A DNA stretch of 64,000 nt from Squalus acanthias. Lineage: Eukaryota. Of this stretch, positions 23,101 through 36,217 are shown in pieces (positions within the stretch are counted from its first letter, which is position 1; the number at the start of each line of letters is the position of its first letter). The position numbers and the translations under genes were made by a program. The DNA lies in assembly GCA_030390025.1 (NCBI GenBank), contig CM059432.1, positions 110,672,001 through 110,736,000 of the forward strand, read 5' to 3'. The notes under the pieces were generated by a model. It was given only the letters and a program-made list of their open reading frames with translations, made no database searches and was not told the origin of the DNA.

Positions 23101-24854
23101 CGGGAGGAGTGTGACGCCCCGCTGTGTGAGCGGGAGGAGTGTGACGTCATGCTGTGTGAGCGGGAGGAGTGTGACGTCATGCTGTGTGAGCGGGAGGACC
23201 GTGACATCATGCTGTGTGAGCGGGAGGAGCGTGACGTCATGCTGTGTGAGCGGGAGGACCGTGACGTCATGCTGTGTGAGCGGGAGGAGTGTGACATCAC
23301 GCTGTGTGAGCGGTAGGAGTGTGATGCCACGCTGTGTGAGCGGGAGGAGTGTGACGCCACGCTGTGTGAGCGGGAGGAGTGTGACGTCATGCTGTGTGAG
23401 CGGGAGGACCGTGACGTCATGCTGTGTGAGCGGGAGGAGTGTGACATCACGCTGTGTGAGCGGGAGGACCGTGACGCCACGCTGTGTGAGCGGGAGGAGT
23501 GTGACGTCACGCTGTGAGCGGGAGGAGTGTGACATCATGCTGTGTGAGCGGGAGGAGTGTGACATCACGCTGTGTGAGCGGGAGGACCGTGACGCCATGC
23601 TGTGTGAGCGGGAGGAGTGTGACGCCACGCTGTGTGAGCGGAGGAGCGTGATGCCATGCTGTGTGAGCGGGAGGAGTGTGACATCACGCTGTGTGAGCGG
23701 GAGGAGCGTGACGCCATGCTGTGTGAGCGGGAGGAGTGTGACGCCCCGCTGTGTGAGCGGGAGGAGTGTGACGCCACGCTGTGTGAGCGGGAGGAGTGTG
23801 ACGTCACGCTGTGTGAGCGGGAGGAGTGTGACGTCACGCTGTGTGAGCGGGAGGAGCGTGACGTCACGCTGTGTGAGCGGGAGGAGCGTGACATCACGCT
23901 GTGTGAGCGGGAGGAGTGTGACATCACGCTGTGTGAGCGGGAGGAGTGTCACGTCACGCCGTGTGAGTGGGAGGAGTGTGACGTCACGCTGTGTGAGCGG
24001 GAGGAGTGTGACATCACGCTGTGTGAGCGGGAGGAGTGTGACGTCACGCTGTGTGAGCGGGAGGAGTGTGACGTCATGCTGTGTGAGCGGGAGGAGTGTG
24101 ACTTCACGCTGTGTGAGCGGGAGGAGTGTGACGCCACGCTGTGTGAGCGGGAGGAGCGTGACGTCATGCTGTGTGAGTGGGAGGAGTGTGACGCCACGCT
24201 GTGTGAGCGGGAGGAGTGTGAGGTCATGCTGTGTGAGCGGGAGGACCGTGACGTCACGCTGTGTGAGCGGGAGGAGTGTGACATCACGCTGTGTGAGCGG
24301 GAGGAGTGTGACATCACGCTGTGTGAGCGGGAGGAGCGTGACATCGCGCTGTGTGAGCGGGAGGAGTGTGACGTCACGCTGTGTGAGCGGGAGGATTGTG
24401 ACATCATGCTGTGTGAGCGGGAGGAGTGTGACGCCACGCTGTGTGAGCGGGAGGATTGTGACATCATGCTGTGTGAGCGGGAGGAGTGTGACGTCACGCT
24501 GTGTGAGCGGGAGGATTGTGACATCATGCTGTGTGAGCGGGAGGAGTGTGACGCCACGCTGTGTGAGCGGGAGGATTGTGACATCATGCTTTGTGAGCGG
24601 GAGGAGCGTGACGTCACGCTGTGTGAGCGGGAGGAGCGTGACGCCACGCTGTGTGAGCGGGAGGAGCGTGACGCCACGCTGTGTGAGCGGGAGGAGCGTG
24701 ACGTCACGCTGTGTGAGCGGGAGGAGTGTGATGCCATGCTGTGTGAGCGGGAGGAGCGTGACGTCATGCTGTGTGAGCGGGAGGAGTGTGACGCCATGCT
24801 GTGTGAGCGGGAGGAGCGTGACGTCACGCTGTGTGAGCGGGAGGAGTGTGACGC
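20141..24854. repeat. 30-bp minisatellite, ~157 copies
   Basis: Unit GAGCGGGAGGAGYGTGACRYCAYGCTGTGT; occasional 28-29 bp units. Confidence 0.98.
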
Positions 24855-25816
24855 TATTGGACAGAATGCATGAAACGCTTCAATGACAGCTGACAATGAC
24901 AATCAGTAGTCATTTCAAATGGGAGTAGACACCTCACTGCGGGTATTTTGGGCAGATCCACGTTTTGGCAAAACCAAGAACAGCTTGGAATGCTGACATG
25001 TCAAGGGAAGGTTTGTGTTCCGCTCCCCAGTATTGACATTCTTTGATGAAATACAAAAAGAAAACAGCCTTAAGATGCCTCAATAATGCTTGAGGATATG
25101 CTAAGCTGAAAGCTCTGCAATGCATAACATAAGTTTCATCAACATGTTCAGGGCCCCACTCACAGATCCCGCCTTCCTTTGCATACTCAGAAACTGCATA
25201 TTTTTAAATACTTTGTACAGGATTGGAGTAAAAGGTTGCTAGTTTCTTTCATCCTTATCAATATGATGATTGTTAAGAATTTAATGAAGATGAACTTATG
25301 ATGACTTATTTACATTTGTCAACCAGACTGGATGCAGCGGACACTGACACTTTCATGTAAATAGGCTCATTGGAAGTGACGTTTCTACTCAGCTCACAGC
25401 ACAAACATTACAGCAACTTGCAAGAGCTGACAATGTTCTGAGCTCACAGTGAATGTCTGCATGACAACAAGAAGCCTCCAGTTCTATTAGCGCCTTGTCA
25501 CACTGAAGAGGGAAAACCGTACAGTAAGAATGGATCTGTACATGTACCTACATGTCCTTACAGCTGAACATCAAATTAAGAGACTCAATATGAGTTTTGT
25601 TCCTCCAAGTAGCTTATCCTGTGTTACAATGCAGTACATTATCATTTAAAGAAATACAATCTTCATGAAAACGTGTTTGCCAAAACGTTCTTTGTTTGGG
25701 AAGGGAAAACTACAAGAAGTGAAGTTCTAGTTACACAATGATGGGCTCTTGTGACGGCTCATCCAATGAGTTCCTAAGCTGTATAGACCAGGATGATCCT
25801 ATGCTCAATCTTGGTT

Positions 25817-26124
25817 TGTCTTGATTTTGGAGGCCATCTGTTGGGCGGTAAGTGGAGAGATCAGAACGCCGGCCTAATATCAGCAGTGGGAGCCCTGAGC
25901 CATTACATTCCGAGCACTGATAGGTAGCTCGCCAGTTTAGGGAGCTGGGAAATCCAGTAAAACTCTCACCTATTTCCAGATGGAGCCAAAATCAAGGCTT
26001 GCTTGAAAATGGCAGTAGACGGGCCTCGAGCAGGACGTTGGCAGTAAGTATTTTTCAAATTTTGGTCTTGCTGCTTCCCCGTTCCCGCTTAAAAATGGGC
26101 AGAAGGGAGACCAAATTCAGCTGC
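25817..26124. mobile_element. Possible degenerate Harbinger-type MITE
   Basis: TGTCTTGATTTT and AAATTCAGCTGC resemble the MITE termini elsewhere; GC-richer than flanks; no TSD found. Confidence 0.3.
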
Positions 26125-26372
26125 AACATCTTCAAGGGAAGAGAAAAAATTAGCAGAGCCAAGTTGTTAAAAAAATGAAACTGGTGACACTACGGTTCAA
26201 TTTGATATGACCCTTTATGCTGCTGCAGTGCGGTGGGATGAGAGTTCTGCCCATCACGAGGATGCACCCTGACCCTAACCTATTTCTGGAATCAGGATCA
26301 TTTAAATAATTTTGGCAGGTTCCCTGCCCTCGACCCAGTACCCTGCCTGGGAGCACAATAGAATAGCTGTTA

Positions 26373-28960
26373 CACTGTACCGAGGCACTGCACCGTGGCA
26401 CTGCACCGTGGCACTGAACCATGGCACAGAACCGTGGCACTGCACCGTGGCACTGAACCATGGCACTGCACTGTGGCACTGAACCATGGCACTGAACCGT
26501 GGCACTGCACCGTGGCACTGAACCATGGCACTGCACCGTGGTACTGAACCATGGCACTGCACTGTGGCACTGCACTGTGGCACTGCACTGTGGCACTGCA
26601 CCGTGGTACTGAACCATGGCACTGCACCATGGTACTGAACCGTGGTACTGCACCGTGGTACTGAACCGTGGTACTGAACCGTGGCACTGCACTGTGGTAC
26701 TGAACCATGGCACTGCACCATGGCACTGCACTGTGGCACTGCACTGTGGCACTGCACCGTGGTACTGAACCATGGCACTGAACCCTGGCACTGCACCGTG
26801 GTACTGAACCATGTCACTGAACTGTGACACTAAACCGTGGCACTGCACCGTGGCACTGCACTGTGGTACTGAACTATGGCACTGCACTGTGGTACTGAAC
26901 CGTGGCACTAAACCGTGGCACTGAACCATGGCACTGAACCGTGACACTGAACCATGGCACTGCACCGTGGCACTGAACCGTGGCACTAAACCATGGCACT
27001 GAACTGTGGCACTGCACCGTGACACTGCACCGTGGCACTGCACCATGGCACTGAACCATGGCACTGAACCATGGCACTGAACCATGGCACTGCACCATGG
27101 CACTGAACCATGGCACTGAACCATGGCACTGTACCATGGCACTGCACCGTGGTACTGAACCATGGCATTAAATCATGGCACTGCACCGTGGTACTGAATC
27201 ATGGCACTGAACCGTGGTACTGAACCGTGGCACTGCACTGTGGTACTGAACCATGGCACTGCACCATGGCACTGCACCATGGCACTGCACTGTGGCACTG
27301 CACTGTGGCACTGCACCGTGGTACTGAACCATGGTACTGAACCATGGCACTGAACCATGGCACTGCACTGTGGCACTGCACCGTGGTACTGAACCATGGC
27401 ACTGCACCATGGTACTGAACCATGGCACTGAACCATGGCACTGCACTGTGGTACTGAACCATGGCACTGCACCGTGGCACTGCACCGTGGTACTGAACCA
27501 TGGCACTGAACTATGGCACTGCACCGTGGTACTGAACCGTGGCACTGAACCATTGCACTGCACCGTGGTACTGAACCATGGCACTGAACCATGGCACTGC
27601 ACCGTGGTACTGAACCGTGGTACTGAACCATGGCACTGAACCATGGCACTGAACCGTGGTACTGAACCGTGGTACTGAACCATGGCATTGCACCATGGCA
27701 CTGCACTGTGGTACTGAACCATGGCACTGAACCGTGGTACTGAACCGTGGTACTGAACCGTGGCACTGCACTGTGGCACTGAACCATGGCACTGCACTGT
27801 GGTACTGAACCATGGCACTGCACTGTGGTACTGAACTATGGCACTGAACCCTGGCACTGCACCGTGGTACTGAACCATGGCACTGCACCGTGGTACTGAA
27901 CCATGGCACTGCACCATGGTACTGAACCATGGCACTGAACCGTGACACTGAACCATGGCACTAAACCGTGGCACTGCACCGTGGTACTGAACTATGGCAC
28001 TGAACCCTGGCACTGCACCGTGGTACTGAACCATGGCATTGCACTGTGGTACTGAACCATGGCACAAAACTGTGGCACAAAACTGTGGCACTGAACCATG
28101 GCACTGAACCGTGACACTGAACCATGGCACTGCACCGTGGCACTGAACTATGGCACTAAACCGTGGCACTGAACCATGGCACTGCACCGTGGCACTGCAC
28201 CGTGGCACTGCACCATGGCACTGAACCATGGCACTGCACCATGGCACTGCACCATGGCACTGAACTATGGCACTGAACCATGGCACTGTACCGAGGCACT
28301 GCACCGTGGTACTGAATCATGGCACTGCACCGTGGTACTGAATCATGGCACTGCACCGTGGCACTGAACCATGGCACTGAACCATGGCACTGCACCATGG
28401 TACTGCACCGTGGTACTGAACCGTGGCACTGCACTGTGGTACTGAACCATGGCACTGAACCATGGCACTGCACCATGGTACTGCACCGTGGTACTGAACC
28501 GTGGCACTGCACCGTGGTACTGAACCATGGCACTGAACCATGGCACTGAACCATGGCACTGCACCATGGCACTGCATTGTGGTAATGAACCATGGCACTG
28601 CACTGTGGCACTGCACCGTGGTACTGAACCATGGCACTGCACTGTGGCACTACACCGTGGTACTGAACCATGGCACTGCACTGTGGCACTGAACCTTGGC
28701 ACTGAACCATGGCACTGCATTGTGGTAATGAACCATGGTACTGAACCATGGCACTGCATTGTGGTAATGAACCATGGTACTGAACCATGGCACTGAACCA
28801 TGGCACTGAACCATGGCACTGCATTGTGGTAATGAACCATGGTACTGAACCATGGCACTGCATTGTGGTAATGAACCATGGTACTGAACCATGGCACTGA
28901 ACCATGGCACTGCACCGTGGTACTGAACCATGGTACTGAACCATGGCACTGCACCGTGGC
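26373..28960. repeat. 13-bp minisatellite, ~200 copies
   Basis: Unit GGYACTGMACYRT (e.g. GGCACTGAACCAT, GGCACTGCACCGT). Confidence 0.98.
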
Positions 28961-30631
28961 CATTAGCCTTGCGGCAGGGTACAATTAGGAGAATTGTTCT
29001 TTTTTTGAAGTAGCAGGTAGCAGCTCTGGGTGCCAGGTATGCACAGAATTCCTTGTGTCTTGTTGCTATGGCACAAATGTCCGTGGGGGGATGGCGGGAG
29101 ACAGAAGTGGCGGGGGGGTGAGCAGGGAGCTGGTGAAATGGAAAGAATAGTTAAGCCAGGGAGCTGGCATAACTCGAGTGGAAAATTTCATAAATCAAAT
29201 GCTTTTTCATGAAGCTCCTGCCCATTTCTAAACCTGATGCACCATTCCAGCTGGTCTGCAATAGTGTTAAAAATCGATTGTGCCATGATGTGTTGCATTA
29301 AATTTGTTTCGCACCATGCTAACAAGAGTTCATTCCATTGTTATGTTTCTATTGGTGACACTGGCGGTTAACGTGCCCCTCTGTAGAAGAGTCTGCTCCA
29401 CAGTAACCAATCAACGCAAATGTCACCATCATGTTCATCACACGTCAACAATGAATGGAATACGATCACAGAATGATGGCCTAACTTAAGTACTGCTCCG
29501 TAATATTTCTCAGGGAAACAAAATAAATATAATTCATAGGATTTCTGTCCCCAGAATGGCATGCTCTATTTTTTTCATTATTCGGGAAGTTTTGTAATCG
29601 TATGTAAGAAATTGTGAATTGGAAGAAATAACTTGAGACAAAAAAAGTCTCTTCAGGCTGGTGTTAGACTAACTGGATAGACGCTTAGAATTTGCTGATG
29701 TTCTTGTTACCCTGCGGATGTTCTAACATTCTGCACCGTGGCGGTGACCTTGTTTCCAGACTAGCTGTCTGCTGTTTGTGTGCTAGAAAGGTGTTGACTG
29801 TATCTTTGATAATCTACCCTAGGCCCACCCCCTAAAAAGAGAGCAAAAGAGAGATCTAAAGAGCTTTTAGCACAGACGGTGAAGGGAAGGGAAGAGCTGT
29901 TCACGCGCGCCAGCCGTCTGTCGGATCGGGACCGATAGCAGCTGCTTGTCACGGTCGTATGTCTACTATGTCTATCTCGATTGCGTGTTGTACTTCACTT
30001 AAACTGCCGCTCCTTAATTAAATGCCTTACAACTCCTAAGACCCTTTGAGTAATGTGTGTGACCTGTGATCCGAATCTTACATGTATAAGATTGAGGGGG
30101 GAGTACCCCTGACTTACCCGTACTTCAAAACAAATAACGCAGTATTATTATTTATACAAACTGAAGCATATGTCAATTGGAATTCTCATATACAAATGGC
30201 AGTATGTCCAACTTTGTTCCTCTGTTGCGTCATTGAATAGACGTGTTGATATAAATTGATATTGTTGATGGTGCTAAAGGCATGGTTAACAGGGACTGTA
30301 TTAACTAACTCCTGCAAACAAGTATAACATTAATTATAAAAACCACTTTTCACCAGAAGAAGAGACAAACTGAAGATAGATTACAATGAGTGAGACTCAT
30401 GGACAACACTTGAGCACCAAGCAAACCAGCCACCTATATTCTATTTCAACCACACATTTAAAATATATTTTGGAAATACATTTCTAACAGTACAAATCTG
30501 GAGATATCAAAAATAATATCTACATTCCACACTACAGGAACGGCATAAAGAGGAATCTCAGGTGACGGCTGCTAATTATTGGGTCATGTTTTGCTGCTAG
30601 TGTCACTTGGGCTGTACAGCACAACACCTAC

Positions 30632-30831
30632 CTATTGTATAATATCTCTTGAGTTCACTCCGTCTAGTATTGCGTCTCTGTGTATTGGCAGCATTGTTCT
30701 GCTGCTCCTCTGACGTGGTTGTCTTGAGAACAGTTGGGGTCTTGTCAGTTTGGGACGATGGACCATCAGCTGCCATTGGACTGCCAAATCCGTGAGCGGT
30801 CACGTCCACTGACTGGGACTTTTTCTTTAGT
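30632..30831 (-). CDS. OXR1: Internal coding exon of oxidation resistance protein 1 (N-terminal region, upstream of the LysM domain)
   Basis: LKKKSQSVDV...EEQQNNAANTQRRNTRRSELKRYYTI matches recalled OXR1 LKKKSQSVDIN...EEEQNNAANTQKHPSRRSELKRFYTID better than NCOA7; acceptor TATTGCAG|A, donor ATAG|GTAGGT; phase 2 to phase 1. Confidence 0.88.
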
Positions 30832-31407
30832 CTGCAATACAGCAAGAGGATAGATGTTTCTCAGAGAAAACAAATAGGAGTGACATCCTTTCTACATTTG
30901 TCTTGAACATTATTTACTGTGACGCACAAAGGTCATAAGGCACGAAATTAACGGTGGCATAATTATCTAATTAAACAGCTTCTAGTTCGCTGTGCACATA
31001 TTAATACTGTGACTACATCCTACTTCACAGTAATGTTCATTCTATTGATCTTAGCAGATTGTTTTCACATAATCTGGGTGCCTTTAGCACTGGTTATAAG
31101 TTTACTGCCCAGCTGCGTTGTTTAAAGATAAGCACTTCAGTATTGAAGCATTGTTCCTTCAGTATCTGAATGCCAAAAAGCTTAATCATTAAATTTGTTG
31201 TTTTCTTTCCCAGTAATTGAGGGCAGGCTTTTGCTTTGTTCAGGCAGCAATGGCTTACCAGTGGTGGAAAATAGATATCATAGCGATATAAAGGTAAGCT
31301 CCTTCAAAGAACATTCAAATCTTTTGCCAGTTATACTTACTCATGTTATTATATGAAGTAATAAACAATGCTTTGTTGCAGAAACGTCTCATTGTCACTC
31401 TGAAGCC

Positions 31408-31648
31408 ATGGCCCAACAGGGAAGAGAGAGGGCAAGGAGGATCTCAGATGCAGCACTGGAGGCCTTGGTCTTGTAGGAGCACAGAAGACAACAGGTCCTC
31501 TACCCGCAGTGGGGGCAGGAGGCCTTCCAGGCAGCACGCCAGAAGGCAGTGGGAGGAGATAGCACAAGCCGTCAGTGCCATGGGTGTTGCCCCCAGGACC
31601 TGAATCTAGTGCCGCAAGAAGTTTAATAACCTCACACGACTGGTCAAG
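31408..31648 (+). pseudogene. Harbinger Myb/SANT exon 1 relic
   Basis: MAQQGRERARRISDAALEALV...RRQWEEIAQAVSAMGVAPRT*I*CRKKFNNLTRLVK|GTCAGT; AC-rich intron-like sequence follows as in the 8935 relic. Confidence 0.8.
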
Positions 31649-31929
31649 GTCAGTGAACGCATCTTCAAATGCCTTCTCCCACCAACTGCACCACTAGCCT
31701 CACACACTGCTCAATGCACCACACCCCCAGCACTCACCTACCAACAATCCCCAACAATCATGACTCATACCTCACAATCATAGCTTCACCTCACCCTCAC
31801 ACACTTACCACTGCTGCAAGCCTCACACCCACATCTCACAGCTTGCACACACTGCCAGCTATTCAACCATGACAGGCACATCACCCAAACAGATTGCGAG
31901 TGAACAGTAACATAGTGGTTATGTTACAG

Positions 31930-33170
31930 ATGGTGGAAAGGCTTTTGGGAGTCAGGAGGTGAGACACTCACTGCAGAATACCCAACCTCTGACCTGCTCT
32001 TGTAGCCACAGTATTTATGTGGCTGGTCCAGTTAAGTTTCTGGTCAATAGTGACTCCCAGGATGTTGATCGTGGGGAATAAAACTAGACGGACCACCCGG
32101 CATCGACTTTGGCACCGGCTTCGGACACGACAAAGGCACACCCTCCTCACTAACATCTGGGGACTTGTGCCAAAATTGGGAGAGCTGTCCCACAGACTAG
32201 TCAAGCAACAGCCTGACATAGTCATACTCACAGAATCATACCTTTCAGCCAATGTCCCAGACTCCTCCATCACCATCCCTGGGTATCTCCTGTTTGACCG
32301 GCAGGACAGACCCACCAGGGGTGGTGGCACAGTGGTGTGCAGTCGGGAGGGAGTGGCCCTGGGAATCCTCAACATGAAGTCTCATGGCTTCAGGTCAAAC
32401 ATGGGCAAGGAAACCTCCCGCTGATTACCACCTACTGCCCTCCCTCAGCTGATGAACCAGTACTCCTCCAAGTTGAACACCACTTGGAAGAAGCACTGAG
32501 GGTAGCAAGGGCACAGAATGTACTCTGGGTGGGGGGACTTCAATGTCCATCACCAAGAGTGGCTCGGTATAGCTGCCAGACTGGGCCTGCGACAGGTGGT
32601 GAGAGAACCAACACGAGGGAAAAACCTACTTGACCTCGTCCTCACCAATCTACCTGTCGCAGATGCATCTGTCCATGACAGTATTGGTAGCAGTGACCGA
32701 CCACCGCACAGTCATTGTGGAGACAAAGTCCTGTGTTCACACTGAGGACACCCTCCATCGTGTTGTGTGGCACTACCACCGTGCTAAATGGGATAGATTC
32801 AGAACAGATCTAACTGCTCAAAACTGGGCATCCATGAGGCGCTGTGGGCCATCAGCAGCAGCAGAATTGTATTCCGCCACAATCTGTAACCTCATGGCCC
32901 GGCATATCCCTCACTCTACCATTACCATCAAGCCAGGGGACCAACCCTGGTTCAATGAGGAGTGTAGAAGAGCATGCCAGGAGCAGCACTAGGCGTACCT
33001 AAAAATGAGGTGCCAACCTGGGGAAGCTGCAACACAGGACTACAATGATGGCGGAGCCCAGCACGCGAGAGCAAAAGACAAGGCTGAAGCATTTGCAACC
33101 ATCTTCAGCCAGAATTGCCGAGTAGATGATCCATCTCAGCCTCCTCCTGAGGTCCCCATCAGCACAGAAG
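31930..33170. mobile_element. Rearranged LINE of a second CR1-group family: RT-distal piece on - (31930-32075), APE piece on + (32075-33170)
   Basis: ILGVTIDQKLNWTSHI on -; PDIVILTESYL, GDFNVHH, LLDLVLTN, QPWFNEECRRA on +. Confidence 0.75.
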
Positions 33171-34131
33171 CCGGGAGTACAATTTTGAAGTTTGCGGATG
33201 ATACAAATCTTGGCAATGTAGTAAATAGTGAGCAGGACAGTAGCAGAGTAGAGGTAGAATGGGATGTGTGAGACTTTGCCCAAAATATACAGTGAAGCAA
33301 GGTTCCTTCTCACCAAAACTCCAGACATTGACATAATGGCCACCTTGATGGTTTAACTGCTAATCAATTTAACCTGATGTTTGCCTACTGAATTTACAAA
33401 GGAACAGGAGATGACCTGGACAATCTCAGATAGTTAATGTGACCTTGCTAATAGTTGCTAATGTGTTAGCTTTGGTGCCTCCATGGTTCTGGCCAATCTG
33501 CTATTAGCACCTCACGTGGGATGCTGCCGGCCTGCCTGCTTCGTCCTACTCCACCATTGGCCTGACTAATCTCCAAAATTAGCATATTCTAATCAGACAA
33601 TAACCCCAAGATGTTATGATTAACTTTGATGGGACACCTGACAGAGTAAATACCAACATGAGACACGTGTAATATAGTTTTTGTAAGAGCTGTGACCTGT
33701 TAGAGATTCAATAAAGTCACTAATGAGGTATATAAACCAAAAAAGAGCAACTGATTTTATGATTTTTAAGAGTTTGTCTGATTGTCTCATGATTTGAGAT
33801 GGTGGGGTGGCAATATGGCAATAACGTATATATGCTTTTAAGTGATTGTTGTTGTAAAATTTGTCCCCAGACAAAAAGGTCATACTCAAAGGAGTTTATG
33901 GCCCGCTCAGTACAAGAAAAAATGAGAAGGAACATTGGTCAAGAGGTGAGACACTCGCCGGACATTACCCAGCCTCTGACCTGCTCTTGTAGCCACAGTA
34001 ATTATGTGGCTGGCCCAGTTGAGCTTCGAATCCCCCAGGATGTTGACGGTGGGGGATTCGACGATGGTAATGCCATTGAATGTAAAAGGGCTGTGGTTAG
34101 ATTTTCTCTTGTTGCCTGGCACAGACGCTAT

Positions 34132-34822
34132 GGGCTGGATTTTGAATGACCCATGGAGTCGGGTTTGGAGGCGTGTGGGGGGTTAAATTTGCGGGGTCGG
34201 GGTTTCCGACCCCATCCCGACTCCATCCCGCCTCCACGCAGTTTTGACAAAATCAGTCGCGGGGTTCCCGACTCCGTCCCGCCTCCAAGAGGCAGGAGAG
34301 GCCATTAAAGCCCTTAACAAGCTCTAAATTGGCTCTGTAATGCCATTTTGAAACGTTTTAGCTAGTTTAACTCTTTTCTGACGTGAAGTACGCCTGATGT
34401 GAAACATTCCAGTGAAACCTGGCGGGAGCACAAGTGGATAGCTGACTATCAGCTGCAGGTCCACTATTACAACGGAGATGTGATGAAGGTAGTAGTAGTA
34501 TTAGGTCTGAAAGTCTCTCTCTCTCTCTCCTTCTCTCCCCCCCCCCATATTTTGCATCCAGGTCCACTCACATCAAAAGCAAGCCAGGCAGGTCCTCTCT
34601 CACCAACAGTCTCTGAGACTAGGCAGTCAGCAATGATGACATCATCAGAGGCGACTTTCAGACTGAAACCACTAATTGTTTCCATGGGTTCCCACCTGCT
34701 GGAACTCAATTGCCCAATTAAGTGAAAATTGCATCATTCATCCACATTAATCTGGAGTCGGGGGGGAAACACGAAATGCAGATTACACGACCCCAACCCG
34801 ACCCCAAGACAAAATCCAGCCC
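34132..34822. mobile_element. Harbinger-type MITE, 691 bp
   Basis: Perfect 13-bp TIR GGGCTGGATTTTG; flanks TAT/AAT (one mismatch); inverted homolog of 61086-61763. Confidence 0.85.
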
Positions 34823-36217
34823 AATGGGTCAAATGGCCTCCTTCTGTGCCATAAATTTCTATGGTTCTATGATTGCCTGGCACTTGTGTGATACGTATTT
34901 ACCACCTATCAGCCCAAGTCTAAATGTTGTTCAGGTCTTTATGCATGCGGGCATGAACTACTTCATTATCTGAGGAGTTGTGAATGGCACTGAACACTGT
35001 GCAATCATCAGCGAACATCCCCATTTCTGACCTTATGTTGGAGGGAAGGTCATTGATGAAGCAGCTGAAGATGGTTGGGCCTAGGACACTGCCCTGAGGA
35101 ACTCCTGTATCGATGTCCTGGGGCTGGGGTGATTGACCTCCAACAACCACAACCATCTTCCTTTGAGCTAGGTATGACTCCAGCCAGTGGAGCGTTTTCT
35201 CCATGATTCCCATTGACTTCAATTTAACTAGGGCTCCTTGATGCCAAACTTGGTCAAATGCTGCCTTGATGTCAAGGGCAGTCACTCTCACCTCACCTCT
35301 GGAATTCAGCTACTTTGTCCATATTTGGATCAAGGCTGTAATAAAGTCTGGAGCCGAGCGGTCCTGGCGGAACCCAAACTGAGCATCGGTGAGCAGGTGA
35401 GCAAGTGCCGCTTGATAGCACTGTCGATAACACCTTCCATCACTTTGCTGATGATTGAGAGTAGACTGATGGGGCGGTAATTGGCCGGGTTGGATTTGTC
35501 CTGCTTTTTGTGGACAGGACATACCTGGGCAACTTTCCACATTGTCGGATAGATGCCAGTGTTGTAGCTGTACTGAAACAGCTTGGCTAGAGGCACGGCT
35601 AGTTCTGGAGCACAAGTCTTCAGCACGATAGCCGGGATGTTGTCGGGGCCCATAGCCTTTGCTGTATCCAGTGCGCTCAGCCGTTTCTTGATATCACGTG
35701 GAGTGAATCGAATTGGCTGAAAACTGGCTTCTGTGATGGTGGGGACCTCAGGAGGAGGCCAAGATGAATCATCCACTCGGCCCTTCTGGCTGAAGATGGT
35801 TGCAAACACTTCAACCTCGTCTTTTGCACTCACGTGCTGGGCTCCACCGTCATTGAGAATGGGGATATTCATGGAGCCTGTAGCTTCCCCAGGTTGGCAC
35901 CTCATTTTTAGGTACGCCTGGTGCTGCTCCTGGCATGCTCGTCTACACTCCTCATTGAACCAGGGTTGGTCCCCTGGCTTGATGGTAATGGTAGAGTGAG
36001 GGATATGCCGGGCCATGAGGTTACAGATTGTGGCGGAATATAATTCTGCTGCTGCTGATGGCCCACAGCGCCTCATGGATGCCCAGTTTTGAGCTGCTAG
36101 ATCTGTTCTGAATCTATCCCATTTAGCACTGTGGTAGTGCTACTCAACACGATGGAGGGTGTCCTCCCTGTAAATTTAATCTCCACAAGAACAGTGCGGT
36201 GGTCACTCCTACCAATA

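Noticed and set aside
20022..24902. Long ORFs (up to 706 aa; SRSHS, CVSGRSVT, LCEREE repeats)
   Set aside because: Translations of a 30-bp repeat open in nearly all frames on both strands; no non-repetitive coding context
26150..28984. Cys/Trp-rich ORFs on the minus strand
   Set aside because: Produced by the 13-bp repeat cycling through frames
29593..30132. Possible solo LTR (TGTAAT...AAAACA, CpG-containing, ATTAAA)
   Set aside because: No TSD, PBS or PPT identified; needs a repeat-library search
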